A stretch of 64,000 nt of DNA from an uncultured Clostridium sp. (GTDB lineage: Bacteria; Bacillota_I; Bacilli_A; RF39; UBA660): the NCBI GenBank assembly GCA_905193755.1, contig CAJJPX010000003.1, forward strand, positions 14,925 through 78,924. The letters run 5' to 3'. The notes under the pieces were generated by a model, which had not been told where the DNA came from, made no database searches, and saw nothing but the letters and a program-made list of their open reading frames with translations. The translations under genes were made by a program, and so were the position numbers. Of this stretch, positions 1 to 9,176 are shown piece by piece. Positions within the stretch are counted from its first letter, which is position 1; every line of letters starts with the position of its first letter.

Positions 1-1350
1 GAAATCATATACTATTTCTGATAGTGGAAGTTCATATGTTATATTTACTCTTGTTTCATCTAAGTATGACATATTTTTATAGATTCCTCTTTTATCTTGG
101 CAAAGTTCCATTATTGAGCCTACATATTCACTTGGAACATATATATTAGCTCTTACGAATGGTTCTAATACTTTTGATATTTTAGATGGATCTGGCATTT
201 TAGAAGGTGAATCTATTGATACACTACTTCCATCGTTTAAAATTACTTCATAAATAACTGATGGACTCGTTGCAATTATCTCTATTCCAAATTCTCTTTC
301 TATTCTTTCTTGTATGATTTCCATATGAAGAAGTCCTAGAAAACCGCATCTAAATCCAAAACCTAATGCGATTGATGTTTCCGGTTCGAATGTAAGAGAT
401 GCATCACTTAGTTTTAATTTTAATAGTGCTTCTTTTAAATCTGGATATCTCGATGATTCGATTGGATATATTCCTGAAAACACCATTGGTTTCATTGGTT
501 TATAACCAGGTAGTGCTTCAACAGTTTCTCCTTCTTTGCAAATTGTATCCCCTACTTCTACTTCAGTTATACTTTTAATAGACGCACTTAAGAAGCCTAC
601 TTCACCAGCACTTAAGCTATTCTTTTTGATTTCGTGTGGAGTATGTTTACCTAGTTCTAGTACTTCGTAAGTTGCGTTTGAATTTATAAATCTTATTTTG
701 TCTCCTACTTTAACAGTGCCATCCATTATTCTAATAAGAATAACTACACCTTTATATGGGTCAAAGTAGCTATCAAATATTAATGCTCTTAGTTTATTAC
801 TATCACTCTTTGGACTTGGAACTCTTTCAATAACTGCATCTAGTAATTCATCAACGCCTTCACCAGTTTTTCCTGAACAACAAATTATTTCATCTCTATC
901 AAAGCCTATTGTTTTGACAAGTTCATCTTTTACTTTTTCAGGGTTTGCATTTGGTAAATCTATTTTATTAATGACTGGTATTATCTTTAGGTCTGCTTCT
1001 AGTGCTAAATAAAGGTTTGCTAGTGTTTGAGCTTCTATTCCTTGAGTTGCATCTACCACTAGAATTGCTCCTTCACAAGCAGCTAAGCTTCTACTTACTT
1101 CATAACTAAAGTCTACGTGTCCCGGGGTATCTATTAAGTGAAGAGTATAACCTTTATATTTAAGTTCTACTGCATTTAGCTTAATAGTTATTCCTCTTTC
1201 TCTTTCAAGATCCATAGAGTCTAGTATTTGTTCTTTCTTTTCTCTTTCAGTTACTGCATGACAAACATCAAGTATTCTGTCTGCTAGAGTACTCTTTCCG
1301 TGATCTATATGAGCTATTATACAAAAATTTTTAATCTTATCTCTTTCCAT
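1..1350 (-). CDS. lepA: Elongation factor 4 (LepA), N-terminal ~450 codons; 3' part lies beyond window start
   Basis: Not in ORF track because it is truncated. Manual translation from ATG at 1350..1348 gives [81 protein letters not shown]. GTPase G1 (AHIDHGKST) and G3 (DTPGHVDF) motifs are in the LepA-typical arrangement. The frame stays open to position 1. Confidence 0.93.
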   Translation of the reverse strand, partial: MERDKIKNFCIIAHIDHGKSTLADRILDVCHAVTEREKKEQILDSMDLERERGITIKLNAVELKYKGYTLHLIDTPGHVDFSYEVSRSLAACEGAILVVDATQGIEAQTLANLYLALEADLKIIPVINKIDLPNANPEKVKDELVKTIGFDRDEIICCSGKTGEGVDELLDAVIERVPSPKSDSNKLRALIFDSYFDPYKGVVILIRIMDGTVKVGDKIRFINSNATYEVLELGKHTPHEIKKNSLSAGEVGFLSASIKSITEVEVGDTICKEGETVEALPGYKPMKPMVFSGIYPIESSRYPDLKEALLKLKLSDASLTFEPETSIALGFGFRCGFLGLLHMEIIQERIEREFGIEIIATSPSVIYEVILNDGSSVSIDSPSKMPDPSKISKVLEPFVRANIYVPSEYVGSIMELCQDKRGIYKNMSYLDETRVNITYELPLSEIVYDF

Positions 1351-1400
1351 AAGAAATATTTTAACAAATTAAGTAATAAAATACAATTATTATGATAAGA

Positions 1401-1425
1401 AAAGAGAACTATTTTAGTTCTCTTT
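1401..1425 (-). terminator. Rho-independent terminator after the 539-aa sigma-like gene
   Basis: Perfect hairpin aaagagaact-attt-tagttctcttt. On the minus strand it is followed by TTTTCTT. It lies about 60 nt downstream of the stop at 1488. Confidence 0.7.
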
Positions 1426-1487
1426 ACATGCTTTTGTTTTGTACGAATAATCTTTTTAATCTTTTTTCTTGTCTAGCAATTCTTTTA

Positions 1488-3107
1488 TTATTTTTTAGGC
1501 ATTCTATATACTCTTTCTACGTATCCTAACATACCTGCATGTTTTAGTGACATGGCTACACAAAATCTTTGATATCTTAAGTCGTATATTTGTTTTTCTA
1601 TATCATTTTTTAATTCTTCACCTTTTGCTCTTCTTTTTTCAGAACTTAAGGCTTTTATTTGATCGTCTATGTCATAAAGCTTTAAGCATACTTTTGGTAA
1701 TCTTGATATTTCTACTTCTCTTCTTATTCTTCTTACTTCTGATTTTCTATTTTCTAATTCTTCTAAAGCTATTTCGTATCTACGTTTTGCTTCTTCTTCA
1801 TCAGCAAATTCTTCACTTAATTCTTTACCATTTCTAAGTCTTTCTAAAACTTCTCTACATGAAGTTACAACATGTAATTGTTTTTCTTCATTTGCTAAAG
1901 CATCTTCTAATTTAGTTGCTAGTACTCTATTTGGTTTTGAAAGATAAGTTAAATATCTTTTTGGTTTATTGTGTGGTGTTAATGTATCTAAGTCTGGTCT
2001 ATTTCTTCTCTTAACTGATTCTTCAGAATTTTCTTGTTTTATTTCTTTTTTTCTTGTTTTCTTTGCTGTTTCTATTTCGGCTAGTCTTTTTTCTATAACT
2101 GAAGCTCTTTTTCTTTGCTTTTCTATTTCTTCTGTAAATTTCTTATGTGCTTCTTCTTTAATCTTTGGATCAATATTTTTATAACTTAATAATGTTTTTA
2201 TTTTTTGTTCTAAAAGATCTATTGTTTTTTTGATTCTTGAAAGTTCTAATTTTCCAAAGAAAACTTCTTCAGTTTCAACATTTAATATTTTGAATTTATC
2301 ACCAGTTTTTTTACTAGCTTGTTTTGATTGCATTGCTTTTAAAGTTTGAAGAGCTCTTTCTTCAAAGTTTATTTCTTCTATAAGTTTTTTTCCACCATTT
2401 TTAAATATATTCTCGATATCTTCTCTTTTAATATATAATGAACTTGCAATTTCTCCTAGTGGGTCGACGAAATCATCTTTTATTTTAAAATATTCTAATA
2501 ATATAGCTTTTTCATCAGCATTTAAGCTTTCTGAATTTTCTATTCTTTGATAAAATTCATCAATTACCATACTATTTATAACAGCATCTTCTAAATACTT
2601 AGAACTTGTAATTCCATTTTCTTCTATATCACTATTTGATAATAAGCTATCTAATGATACTACTTCTTTTTTTCTTCTTGATTCTAATATTTTACTTTCA
2701 TCTTTAGATAGTAAACCTGTTACTTCTTTTTTGAAATCTTTATCTGTTATAGATGATACTAGTTCTATATTAGATTTTATTGCTTTTATAATAGATTTTC
2801 TTATTTCTTTTCTTGCTAATAAATTAAATTTAATTTTAGATTCACTAGTTGCATATATATTGATTGCTCTTACTAGGCCAATATATCCTTCTTGAATTAA
2901 ATCTTCGATTTGAGCACCTTTTAGATAAGAAAATATTTCTTCTGAAGTTTCTATTACTTCTATTGAGTATCTTCTTACTAATTCATCAAATGCTCTTTTA
3001 TCATTATTTTTAATTCTTCTAAATAAATCCTTTTCTTCAACCATTGAAGGTATTTCATAACCTTCTATGTCCTTTAAATAATATTTCATTTCTTCTACTT
3101 TTTTCAT
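1488..3107 (-). CDS. Divergent sigma-70-family protein (regions 2 and 4 recognisable) fused to a ~300-aa K/E/R-rich coiled-coil C-terminal extension
   Basis: N-terminus has EEKDLFRRIKNNDKRAFDELVRRY (region 1.2/2.1-like) and IEDLIQEGYIGLVRAINIY (region 2.2, cf. [13 protein letters not shown] in the neighbouring RpoD-like genes). The region 2.3/2.4 aromatic motif is degenerate. A region-4-like HTH LNADEKAILLEYFKIKDD...LGEIASSLYIKREDIENIFKNGGKKL sits around aa 195-240. The rest is charged heptad-like sequence. The start overlaps the upstream stop (TAATG). Confidence 0.6.
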   Translation of the reverse strand: MKKVEEMKYYLKDIEGYEIPSMVEEKDLFRRIKNNDKRAFDELVRRYSIEVIETSEEIFSYLKGAQIEDLIQEGYIGLVRAINIYATSESKIKFNLLARKEIRKSIIKAIKSNIELVSSITDKDFKKEVTGLLSKDESKILESRRKKEVVSLDSLLSNSDIEENGITSSKYLEDAVINSMVIDEFYQRIENSESLNADEKAILLEYFKIKDDFVDPLGEIASSLYIKREDIENIFKNGGKKLIEEINFEERALQTLKAMQSKQASKKTGDKFKILNVETEEVFFGKLELSRIKKTIDLLEQKIKTLLSYKNIDPKIKEEAHKKFTEEIEKQRKRASVIEKRLAEIETAKKTRKKEIKQENSEESVKRRNRPDLDTLTPHNKPKRYLTYLSKPNRVLATKLEDALANEEKQLHVVTSCREVLERLRNGKELSEEFADEEEAKRRYEIALEELENRKSEVRRIRREVEISRLPKVCLKLYDIDDQIKALSSEKRRAKGEELKNDIEKQIYDLRYQRFCVAMSLKHAGMLGYVERVYRMPKK

Positions 3108-3391
3108 TATTTTCCCCCATTTATTTTTAATAATAATTTTTTTATTTCTTTATCTTCGTCTGATTTTTCTTTTATTTCTTTATCTTCGTCTGATTTTTCT
3201 TTTATTTCTTTAAATTCATTAACTACTTCGTCATTATTTATTTTTTTCATTATTTTACTTAGTAATTCATGATAGTATTGTTTTGACTTATTAGTTAATC
3301 TTGATAATTCTGTAAAACTCATTGGTGGATACCCATCAAAACCAAAGAAGTACATTAGAAAGAATCTTTCTTTTTGAGTTAATTTTTTCAT
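3107..3391 (-). CDS. Small sigma region-4-like HTH protein with acidic tandem-repeat tail (possibly the C-terminal half of a decayed sigma paralog)
   Basis: LTQKERFFLMYFFGFDGYPPMSFTELSRLTNKSKQYYHELLSKIMKKI has the same layout as region 4 of the 539-aa protein. The C-terminus has KEIKEKSDED x2. The frame is open a further 23 codons upstream (NRNSEEELINKIYSKELAKRVLE) up to TAG at 3461..3463. Confidence 0.55.
   Translation of the reverse strand: MKKLTQKERFFLMYFFGFDGYPPMSFTELSRLTNKSKQYYHELLSKIMKKINNDEVVNEFKEIKEKSDEDKEIKEKSDEDKEIKKLLLKINGGK
3141..3212. repeat. Perfect 30-bp tandem repeat, 2.4 copies, in frame inside the 94-aa ORF
   Basis: Unit tttatttctttatcttcgtctgatttttct occupies 3141-3170 and 3171-3200. 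The first 12 nt repeat again at 3201-3212. It encodes KEIKEKSDED repeats. Confidence 0.95.
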
Positions 3392-3455
3392 TTCTAAAAC
3401 TCTTTTTGCTAATTCTTTACTATATATTTTATTTATTAATTCTTCTTCGGAGTTT

Positions 3456-3617
3456 CTATTCTATTAATAAGTTTTGATATCTTTTTATAAGTTCATTTCT
3501 TGCTTCAATATCACCACTTCTTATTTTTTCAAATAGTAAAGTTTCTTCTTCTCTAGATGGCATTTTATAATCTTTTATGTCTTCTAAAGAAGAACGAATA
3601 TTTTCTCTCTTTACCAT
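3456..3617 (-). pseudogene. 53-codon sigma-70 region 1.2/2.1-like N-terminal fragment (remnant or small subunit of a sigma paralog)
   Basis: Below ORF-track size. Manual translation gives MVKRENIRSSLEDIKDYKMPSREEETLLFEKIRSGDIEARNELIKRYQNLLIE, then TAG. It aligns with aa 10-53 of the 539-aa protein (LKDIEGYEIPSMVEEKDLFRRIKNNDKRAFDELVRRYSIEVIE). The next ORF continues in a different frame and regions 2.2-3 are missing. Confidence 0.5.
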
Positions 3618-3638
3618 ATAACCCCCATTAACGCATAT

Positions 3639-3667
3639 ATTATATCATAAATGATACAAGAAGTCAA
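3639..3667 (-). promoter_or_regulatory. Sigma-A-type promoter TTGACT-17-TATAAT with extended -10 and embedded TATCA-N4-TGATA palindrome
   Basis: Minus strand reads TTGACTtcttGTATCATTTATGATATAAT. The -35 is at 3662-3667 and the -10 at 3639-3644. It lies about 20 nt upstream of the 53-codon ORF. Confidence 0.6.
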
Positions 3668-3743
3668 AACAAATATTAAAAAAAAAGAACTACAATTCTT
3701 TAGTTTTATATTAATTATTAAAGAATTACGTTCTTTTTTTACT

Positions 3744-5012
3744 TTATTTATATATAAAATGTGGTTTTTTCGTAGGTACAAGTGTTGCTTCTGATTCTTT
3801 TGAACTTAGATTATATGTTTTAATAATTCTATTACGTTTTAACTTTCTAAGTGCTTTCGATTCGATTTGTCTAATTCTTTCACGAGTAACATTAAATCTT
3901 TTACCTACTTCTTCTAATGTATATTCTTTTCCATCAACAAAGCCAAATCTTAAAGCTATAACTTGTGCTTCACGTTGTGTTAATACATCTCCTTCAAAAA
4001 CAGCTTTTCTAAATTCTCTATAGAATGTTACATCTGTATAATCTATGTTTCTAGTACTTGGGTCTTCAATCATGTCTCCTAATTCAGTATCTTCTGGTTC
4101 TGATCCTGTTCCTTTTAATGGCGTTGCAAGTGATACTGGGTTACTTATTAAAATTTGTAAACATTGTTCTACTTTATCAACTGGCATATCTAATATTTCT
4201 GATATTGTTTTCGCATTAGGTGTTTTACCGTATTGTTGTTCATATTTATCTATTGCTCTTTTTACTTTTTGAACTTGTTCATGTAGATGAACTGGTATTC
4301 TTATTGTTCTTGATGTATCTGCGATTGATCTTGTTATTGCTTGACGGATCCACCAAGTTGCATATGTACTAAACTTATATCCTTTAGTATAATCAAATTT
4401 TTCTGCTGCTTTCATTAAGCCAATATTTCCTTCTTGAATTAAGTCTAAAAATGAAATATTTCTTCCTTGATAACGTTTAGCATGTGCGACTACAAGACGA
4501 AGGTTATGTTCTACTAAAGTTTTCTTAGCTTCTTCATCACCTTCCATAATTCTTTTTCCTAGTTCCACTTCTTGTTCTGGTGTTAATAATTCACTACTTA
4601 ATTCTTTTAAATATGCTTTTACATCATCAGTCGGAGCCAGTGTATCATAACTATAATCTAATTCTTTTTCTGACTCTGATTTATCTTCATCTTCGTTGAT
4701 TACTTTAGATTCTTTTATTTCTTTTCCTGATATCATTGAGTATGAAGTTAGCATTGCTCCTACTGTTTCATCACCTACTATGTCTAGTATTCCATCAAAA
4801 TTTATAATTTCATCTAACATTTCTTTTAGTTGTTTTGAATTTTTAACTAATTCATTTGTATCATCTACACTTAGTAATATTTTCTTGTCCATTATAAATT
4901 TTACTAGATTTCTACAATTCTTTAATTGATTGTTTTTTCCAGTGACAAAGTTAGTATTTACGAAATCATTTATCATTTTTGTTTGTTCTTCAATTGATAA
5001 CATATATTTCAC
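3744..5012 (-). CDS. RpoD/SigA-like sigma-70 factor, paralog A (regions 1.2-4.2 complete, atypical N-terminal domain)
   Basis: [65 protein letters not shown] and [28 protein letters not shown] match primary sigma motifs. Its own promoter TTGCAA-17-TATAAT is at about 5033-5061. Confidence 0.9.
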   Translation of the reverse strand: MKYMLSIEEQTKMINDFVNTNFVTGKNNQLKNCRNLVKFIMDKKILLSVDDTNELVKNSKQLKEMLDEIINFDGILDIVGDETVGAMLTSYSMISGKEIKESKVINEDEDKSESEKELDYSYDTLAPTDDVKAYLKELSSELLTPEQEVELGKRIMEGDEEAKKTLVEHNLRLVVAHAKRYQGRNISFLDLIQEGNIGLMKAAEKFDYTKGYKFSTYATWWIRQAITRSIADTSRTIRIPVHLHEQVQKVKRAIDKYEQQYGKTPNAKTISEILDMPVDKVEQCLQILISNPVSLATPLKGTGSEPEDTELGDMIEDPSTRNIDYTDVTFYREFRKAVFEGDVLTQREAQVIALRFGFVDGKEYTLEEVGKRFNVTRERIRQIESKALRKLKRNRIIKTYNLSSKESEATLVPTKKPHFIYK

Positions 5013-5066
5013 CCCTTAAAAAAGTGCCAATATTATAGCACATTGTTATGTTCTTTGCAAGTTTTA

Positions 5067-6314
5067 CTAATTATATTTGTTATTTGGTTTTAGTTTTAGT
5101 GTAGTTTGAGAATCTGATGCTTTTGGATCAAAAGATTTAAGTTCTCTATTATGTCTTAATTTTCTTAATGCTTTTGCTTCTATTTGTCTTACTCTTTCAC
5201 GAGTTATTCCTAATTCTTTTCCTACATCTTCTAATGTATATAGTTTACCATCTCTAAATCCATTTCTTAATGATATAACGAAGCACTCACGATCTGTTAA
5301 TGCTCCACTTTCAAATACTGCTTTTCTGAATTCTTCATAGAATATACCTTCTGAATAGTCTATATCACTAGAATTTGGATCTTCAATCATTTCTCCCAAT
5401 TCTGTTTCATTTGAATCATCACCTGTAGCTTTTATTGGAGTAGATAGAGAAACTGGTGTACTTGCTAGTATTTGTAATAGTTGTTCTACTTTATATTTTG
5501 AAATTCCTGTTATATTTGAAATTGTCTCTGCATTTGGTGTAACTCCATTTTCTGGTTCATAAATATCTATTGCTTTTTTTACTTTTTGAACTTGATCATG
5601 AAGATGAACAGGTATTCTTATTGTTCTTGATTTATCAGCAATTGATCTTGTTATTGCTTGACGTATCCACCATGTAGCATAAGTACTGAATTTATATCCC
5701 TTAGTATAATCAAATTTTTTAACAGCTGTTAGAAGTCCTAGATTTCCTTCTTGTATTAAATCTAAAAATGATAGATTTTTTCCTTTATAATGTTTGGCTA
5801 TTGATACAACTAAACGTAAGTTAGATTCTGCTAGTATCTTTTCTGCTTCTTCATCGCCTTCGGCTATTCTTTTACCTAATTCTATTTCTTCTTCACCTGT
5901 TAATAATTCACTTGGTAATTCTCTTAAATAAACATGTGTATTATCTACGTATGCTAAAGTATTATAACTAAAGTCTAATTTTTTTTCTTCTTTTTTTTCT
6001 TCTGGTTCTTCTATCTTTATTTCTTTAATTTCTTTACCAGTAAACATAGAATGTGATGTTATCATTGCTTGTATAGTTGTATTACTAACTATATCCATAA
6101 TACCTTCAGTATCCATAATACCATCTAACATTTCTTTTAAAGATAGTGAATTTTTTACTAAATCACTAGTATCATCTATTGTTAAAGATATTCTATTTGC
6201 TTGAAGAAATTTTGCTAAGTTTCTACAATTTTTTAATTGATTAGATTTACCAACTAAAAAAGTTGAATCAGCGAATTCTTCTATCATTTTTATTTTTGTT
6301 TCTTTTGTAGCCAT
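5067..6314 (-). CDS. RpoD/SigA-like sigma-70 factor, paralog B
   Basis: Same motif set as paralog A: [55 protein letters not shown] and [28 protein letters not shown]. Its own promoter TTGAAA-17-TATAAT lies upstream. It is preceded by the ppa terminator. Confidence 0.9.
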   Translation of the reverse strand: MATKETKIKMIEEFADSTFLVGKSNQLKNCRNLAKFLQANRISLTIDDTSDLVKNSLSLKEMLDGIMDTEGIMDIVSNTTIQAMITSHSMFTGKEIKEIKIEEPEEKKEEKKLDFSYNTLAYVDNTHVYLRELPSELLTGEEEIELGKRIAEGDEEAEKILAESNLRLVVSIAKHYKGKNLSFLDLIQEGNLGLLTAVKKFDYTKGYKFSTYATWWIRQAITRSIADKSRTIRIPVHLHDQVQKVKKAIDIYEPENGVTPNAETISNITGISKYKVEQLLQILASTPVSLSTPIKATGDDSNETELGEMIEDPNSSDIDYSEGIFYEEFRKAVFESGALTDRECFVISLRNGFRDGKLYTLEDVGKELGITRERVRQIEAKALRKLRHNRELKSFDPKASDSQTTLKLKPNNKYN

Positions 6315-6406
6315 AATTTCCCCCTTATAAAAAACTTCAATATTATAACATATTACTTATTAAATTTCAACTTTTATGTTAAATAAAAAAAGAAGTTTAA
6401 TAACTT

Positions 6407-6892
6407 CTAATTGCTTTGTTCTTTATATCTTCTTATAGAATCTTCTATAACTTTTAAAGCTTCATCTTTATTGTAGTATTCTCCAACTTCAACTTTTATA
6501 TTTTGTAGTGATTTATAGTTTTCAAAGAAGTTTTTAATTTCTTCTAGAATAAATTCAGATAAGTCTTTAAGCTCGTTTATTTCATTATATCTTGGATCTA
6601 CGTCTACTACTGAAATGATTTTATAATCTTCAAAACCATTATCAATTAATTTTAAGCATCCTACTACTCTTGCTGGTATAATACAGCCTGGATAAGTAGG
6701 CTCAGTACCAATAACTAATATATCTAATGGGTCTCCATCTTTAGCAAGTGTATTATCAATAAAACCATATTCTGCTGGATAAGCCATTGCTGAATATAAA
6801 ACTCTATCTAATTTGATCTTGCCATTCTTGATTTCAAATTTGTTTCTACTTCTATAAGGAATTTCTATTATAGCTTCTACTACGTTATTCAT
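6407..6892 (-). CDS. ppa: Inorganic pyrophosphatase, family I
   Basis: EIPYRSRNKFEI...YPAEYGFIDNTLAKDGDPLDILVI is the typical family I PPase active-site region. The size (161 aa) also fits. Confidence 0.88.
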   Translation of the reverse strand: MNNVVEAIIEIPYRSRNKFEIKNGKIKLDRVLYSAMAYPAEYGFIDNTLAKDGDPLDILVIGTEPTYPGCIIPARVVGCLKLIDNGFEDYKIISVVDVDPRYNEINELKDLSEFILEEIKNFFENYKSLQNIKVEVGEYYNKDEALKVIEDSIRRYKEQSN

Positions 6893-6952
6893 TTATTCAC
6901 CATCCTAAAAGAAGTATAACATAAGACAACAAAAAAAGCCAACATTAGTTGA

Positions 6953-7168
6953 CTACTTTGTTTCTTCTTTAGTAACTTTGATAGCTTCTTTACCTTTGTA
7001 ATAACCACATTTTGTACAAGCTCTATGAGGAGCAACTACAGCACCACAATTAGTACAAGTAGTAACTGTTGGAGCAGTCTTCTTTAAATGTGTTCTTCTT
7101 TGTCTTTTAGCAGTTTTACTAATTCTTCTAAATGGTAAAGCACCAAATAAAGTAATGTCTAATCTCAT
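6953..7168 (-). CDS. rpmF: 50S ribosomal protein L32 (with short N-terminal extension)
   Basis: PFRRISKTAKRQRRTHLK followed by CTNCG...CTKCGYYKG zinc-ribbon cysteines. RBS GGAGGA lies 6 nt before ATG at 7168. Confidence 0.9.
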   Translation of the reverse strand: MRLDITLFGALPFRRISKTAKRQRRTHLKKTAPTVTTCTNCGAVVAPHRACTKCGYYKGKEAIKVTKEETK

Positions 7169-7332
7169 TTTTATTCCTCCTTTTGTATCAGGTCGTAAAA
7201 ATATATCTTTTTCACTTCGCTAAAGTATTTTCTCATAAAAAGATGAAAATATCAAGAGAATTTTAGTATTTTCTTATAAAATTTGTATAATTATTAGTAT
7301 TTTGTTATAATTTTTATGAGGGGGAATACTCT

Positions 7333-8034
7333 ATGAAACTATTAGTTAGTGATTATGATGGCACTTTTAATGAAGATAATAAACTTTCTAAAATTAATAA
7401 GAATATAGAAGCTGTTAAAAGATTTATGGATAGTGGTAATATATTTGCTTTTGCGACTGGTAGAAATTATGATTCAATTAAAAAAGAAATTACTAAGTAT
7501 CATATACCATATAATTATCTAATATGTAGTAATGGTAGTATAGTATTTGATCATAAAGATAGAGTGTTATTTCAAAACACTATTTTAGTAGACACTGTTA
7601 AAAAGACACTAAGATACTTAAATAAATTAGGATTTGTAAAGAGTTTAGAACTTCGTGATGCTTATGGTAGAAGTACTAGTGACTATAATAATGTATGTGA
7701 AATAGTTTGTACTTTGAAGTTTAAAAATTCTTTAGATGCAAGAATGGTAAGAGAAGAAATTGCTTTTTTAAATAGTTTTTCTTTTATGAATGTAATTATG
7801 TTTAAAGAAGAACTTGATAAAAAAGATGGTATATATGTGGTAAGTGGTATAGAAGGAATAGGAAAAGAAGATATTTATACTATAGGAGATGCTTCTAATG
7901 ATAGAGGTATGCTTGAAGAATTCAATGGTTTTAAAATGCCCTACTCATATCCTGAGATAATGTTTAGTGAAGCAAGAATTGTAAGGTCAGTTAAGAGTTT
8001 GATTAGAAAGATAGAAAGGAATAGTCATGAATAA
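7333..8034 (+). CDS. HAD-superfamily (Cof-type, IIB) hydrolase
   Basis: DYDGTF (motif I), ATGR (motif II) and GDASND (motif IV). Confidence 0.75.
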   Translation: MKLLVSDYDGTFNEDNKLSKINKNIEAVKRFMDSGNIFAFATGRNYDSIKKEITKYHIPYNYLICSNGSIVFDHKDRVLFQNTILVDTVKKTLRYLNKLGFVKSLELRDAYGRSTSDYNNVCEIVCTLKFKNSLDARMVREEIAFLNSFSFMNVIMFKEELDKKDGIYVVSGIEGIGKEDIYTIGDASNDRGMLEEFNGFKMPYSYPEIMFSEARIVRSVKSLIRKIERNSHE

Positions 8035-9160
8035 AGTAATTGGTATAGTTGCTGAATATAATCCATTTCATAATGGACACAAGTATCAAATAGATAAAAT
8101 AAGAGAAAAATATAAAGACTCAACTATTATAGTAGTATGTTCTTCATCATTTACCCAAAGAGGAGACACATCAGTACTTAATAAGTTTGATAAAGCAGAA
8201 GTTGCTCTTAATAATGGAGTTAATTTAGTAGTTGAACTTCCTTATGTTTATAGTACTCAAAGTAGTGATATATTTGCTAGCGCTGCTATAAAGATACTTA
8301 ACTATTTAAAAGTTGATACTATATGTTTTGGTACTGAAAGAGATAGTATTGGTGATATAAAGAAATGTGCTATTACACAGTTAAATGATCCAAGGTATGA
8401 GAAAATCGTAAAAGAACAATTAGATCTTGGCGTTAACTACCCTACTGCTTTAAATAAAGCATTAATGAAACTTATAGATATAGAAATAACTGAACCTAAT
8501 GATTTACTTGCTTTAAGTTATGTAAAAGAAATAATAAAAAATGAATATAACATAGAAATATTCAATATAAAAAGAACTAATGATTTTCATGATATAGAAT
8601 CTAACGATAGTATTATTTCTGCATCTAATGTTAGAAATAAGATAATGAATAATATTGATATTAAAGATTATGTACCAAATGATGTATATTTGAAACTTAA
8701 AGATATAAAACTTAATGATAAGTATTTTGAATTTTTAAAATATAAGATATATTCTGAAAATGATTTAGAAAAATATTTAGATGTAGATGAAGGACTAAGT
8801 ACAAGAATTAGAAATTCTATTGGTAAATCTAATAGTCTTGATGAGTTAATTTTAAATATTAAGACTAAAAGATATACTTATAATAAAATATCTAGAATGC
8901 TTAATCATATACTTTGTTCATTTACTAAGGATGAGAGAGATCAAACTAAAGATATAGAATATATAAGAGTACTTGGATTTGATAAAGTTGGTCAAAAACA
9001 TTTAAATAGTTTTAAAGATAAGATTGAAATTAAAATACTTAATAAGTTTGATACTAGCTACAAAGCTTTAGATATTGAAAAAAGAGTTAGTAGTATATAT
9101 TCTATGATAATGTCTGACATAATGGATAAAGAAATTAAAAATATACCAGTTAAAAAGTGA
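8027..9160 (+). CDS. tmcAL: tRNA(Met) cytidine acetate ligase (YlbM/TmcAL family nucleotidyltransferase)
   Basis: N-terminal GIVAEYNPFHNGHKYQ signature of the YlbM/UPF0348 family. Length is 377 aa. Confidence 0.8.
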   Translation: MNKVIGIVAEYNPFHNGHKYQIDKIREKYKDSTIIVVCSSSFTQRGDTSVLNKFDKAEVALNNGVNLVVELPYVYSTQSSDIFASAAIKILNYLKVDTICFGTERDSIGDIKKCAITQLNDPRYEKIVKEQLDLGVNYPTALNKALMKLIDIEITEPNDLLALSYVKEIIKNEYNIEIFNIKRTNDFHDIESNDSIISASNVRNKIMNNIDIKDYVPNDVYLKLKDIKLNDKYFEFLKYKIYSENDLEKYLDVDEGLSTRIRNSIGKSNSLDELILNIKTKRYTYNKISRMLNHILCSFTKDERDQTKDIEYIRVLGFDKVGQKHLNSFKDKIEIKILNKFDTSYKALDIEKRVSSIYSMIMSDIMDKEIKNIPVKK

Positions 9161-9176
9161 CTTTTGGGGTCACTTT
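9155..9176. terminator. Bidirectional hairpin between convergent tmcAL and polA
   Basis: aaaagtgac-ttttgg-ggtcactttt overlaps both stop codons. Confidence 0.6.

Noticed and set aside
1547-2184. Plus-strand ORFs (96 aa and 71 aa) antisense to the 539-aa sigma-like gene. Similar antisense ORFs include 4045-4272, 4696-4929, 10188-10379, 12000-12224, 13602-13784, 14802-15449, 16139-16402, 18040-19096, 19704-19913, 20223-20690, 23589-23999, 25057-25284, 25731-26054, 28310-29374, 30337-31128, 32853-33269 and 63010-63551.
   Set aside because: They are F/L/S/I-rich low-complexity translations, typical of the antisense strand of AT-rich genes. Each is fully embedded in a strongly supported gene on the other strand, and none has an RBS or recognisable motif.
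3141-3212. The tandem 30-bp repeats here and the ~78-bp repeats at 55773-56658 as possible CRISPR arrays.
   Set aside because: The units are contiguous with no unique spacers and lie in frame inside ORFs, where they encode peptide repeats. No cas genes are present.
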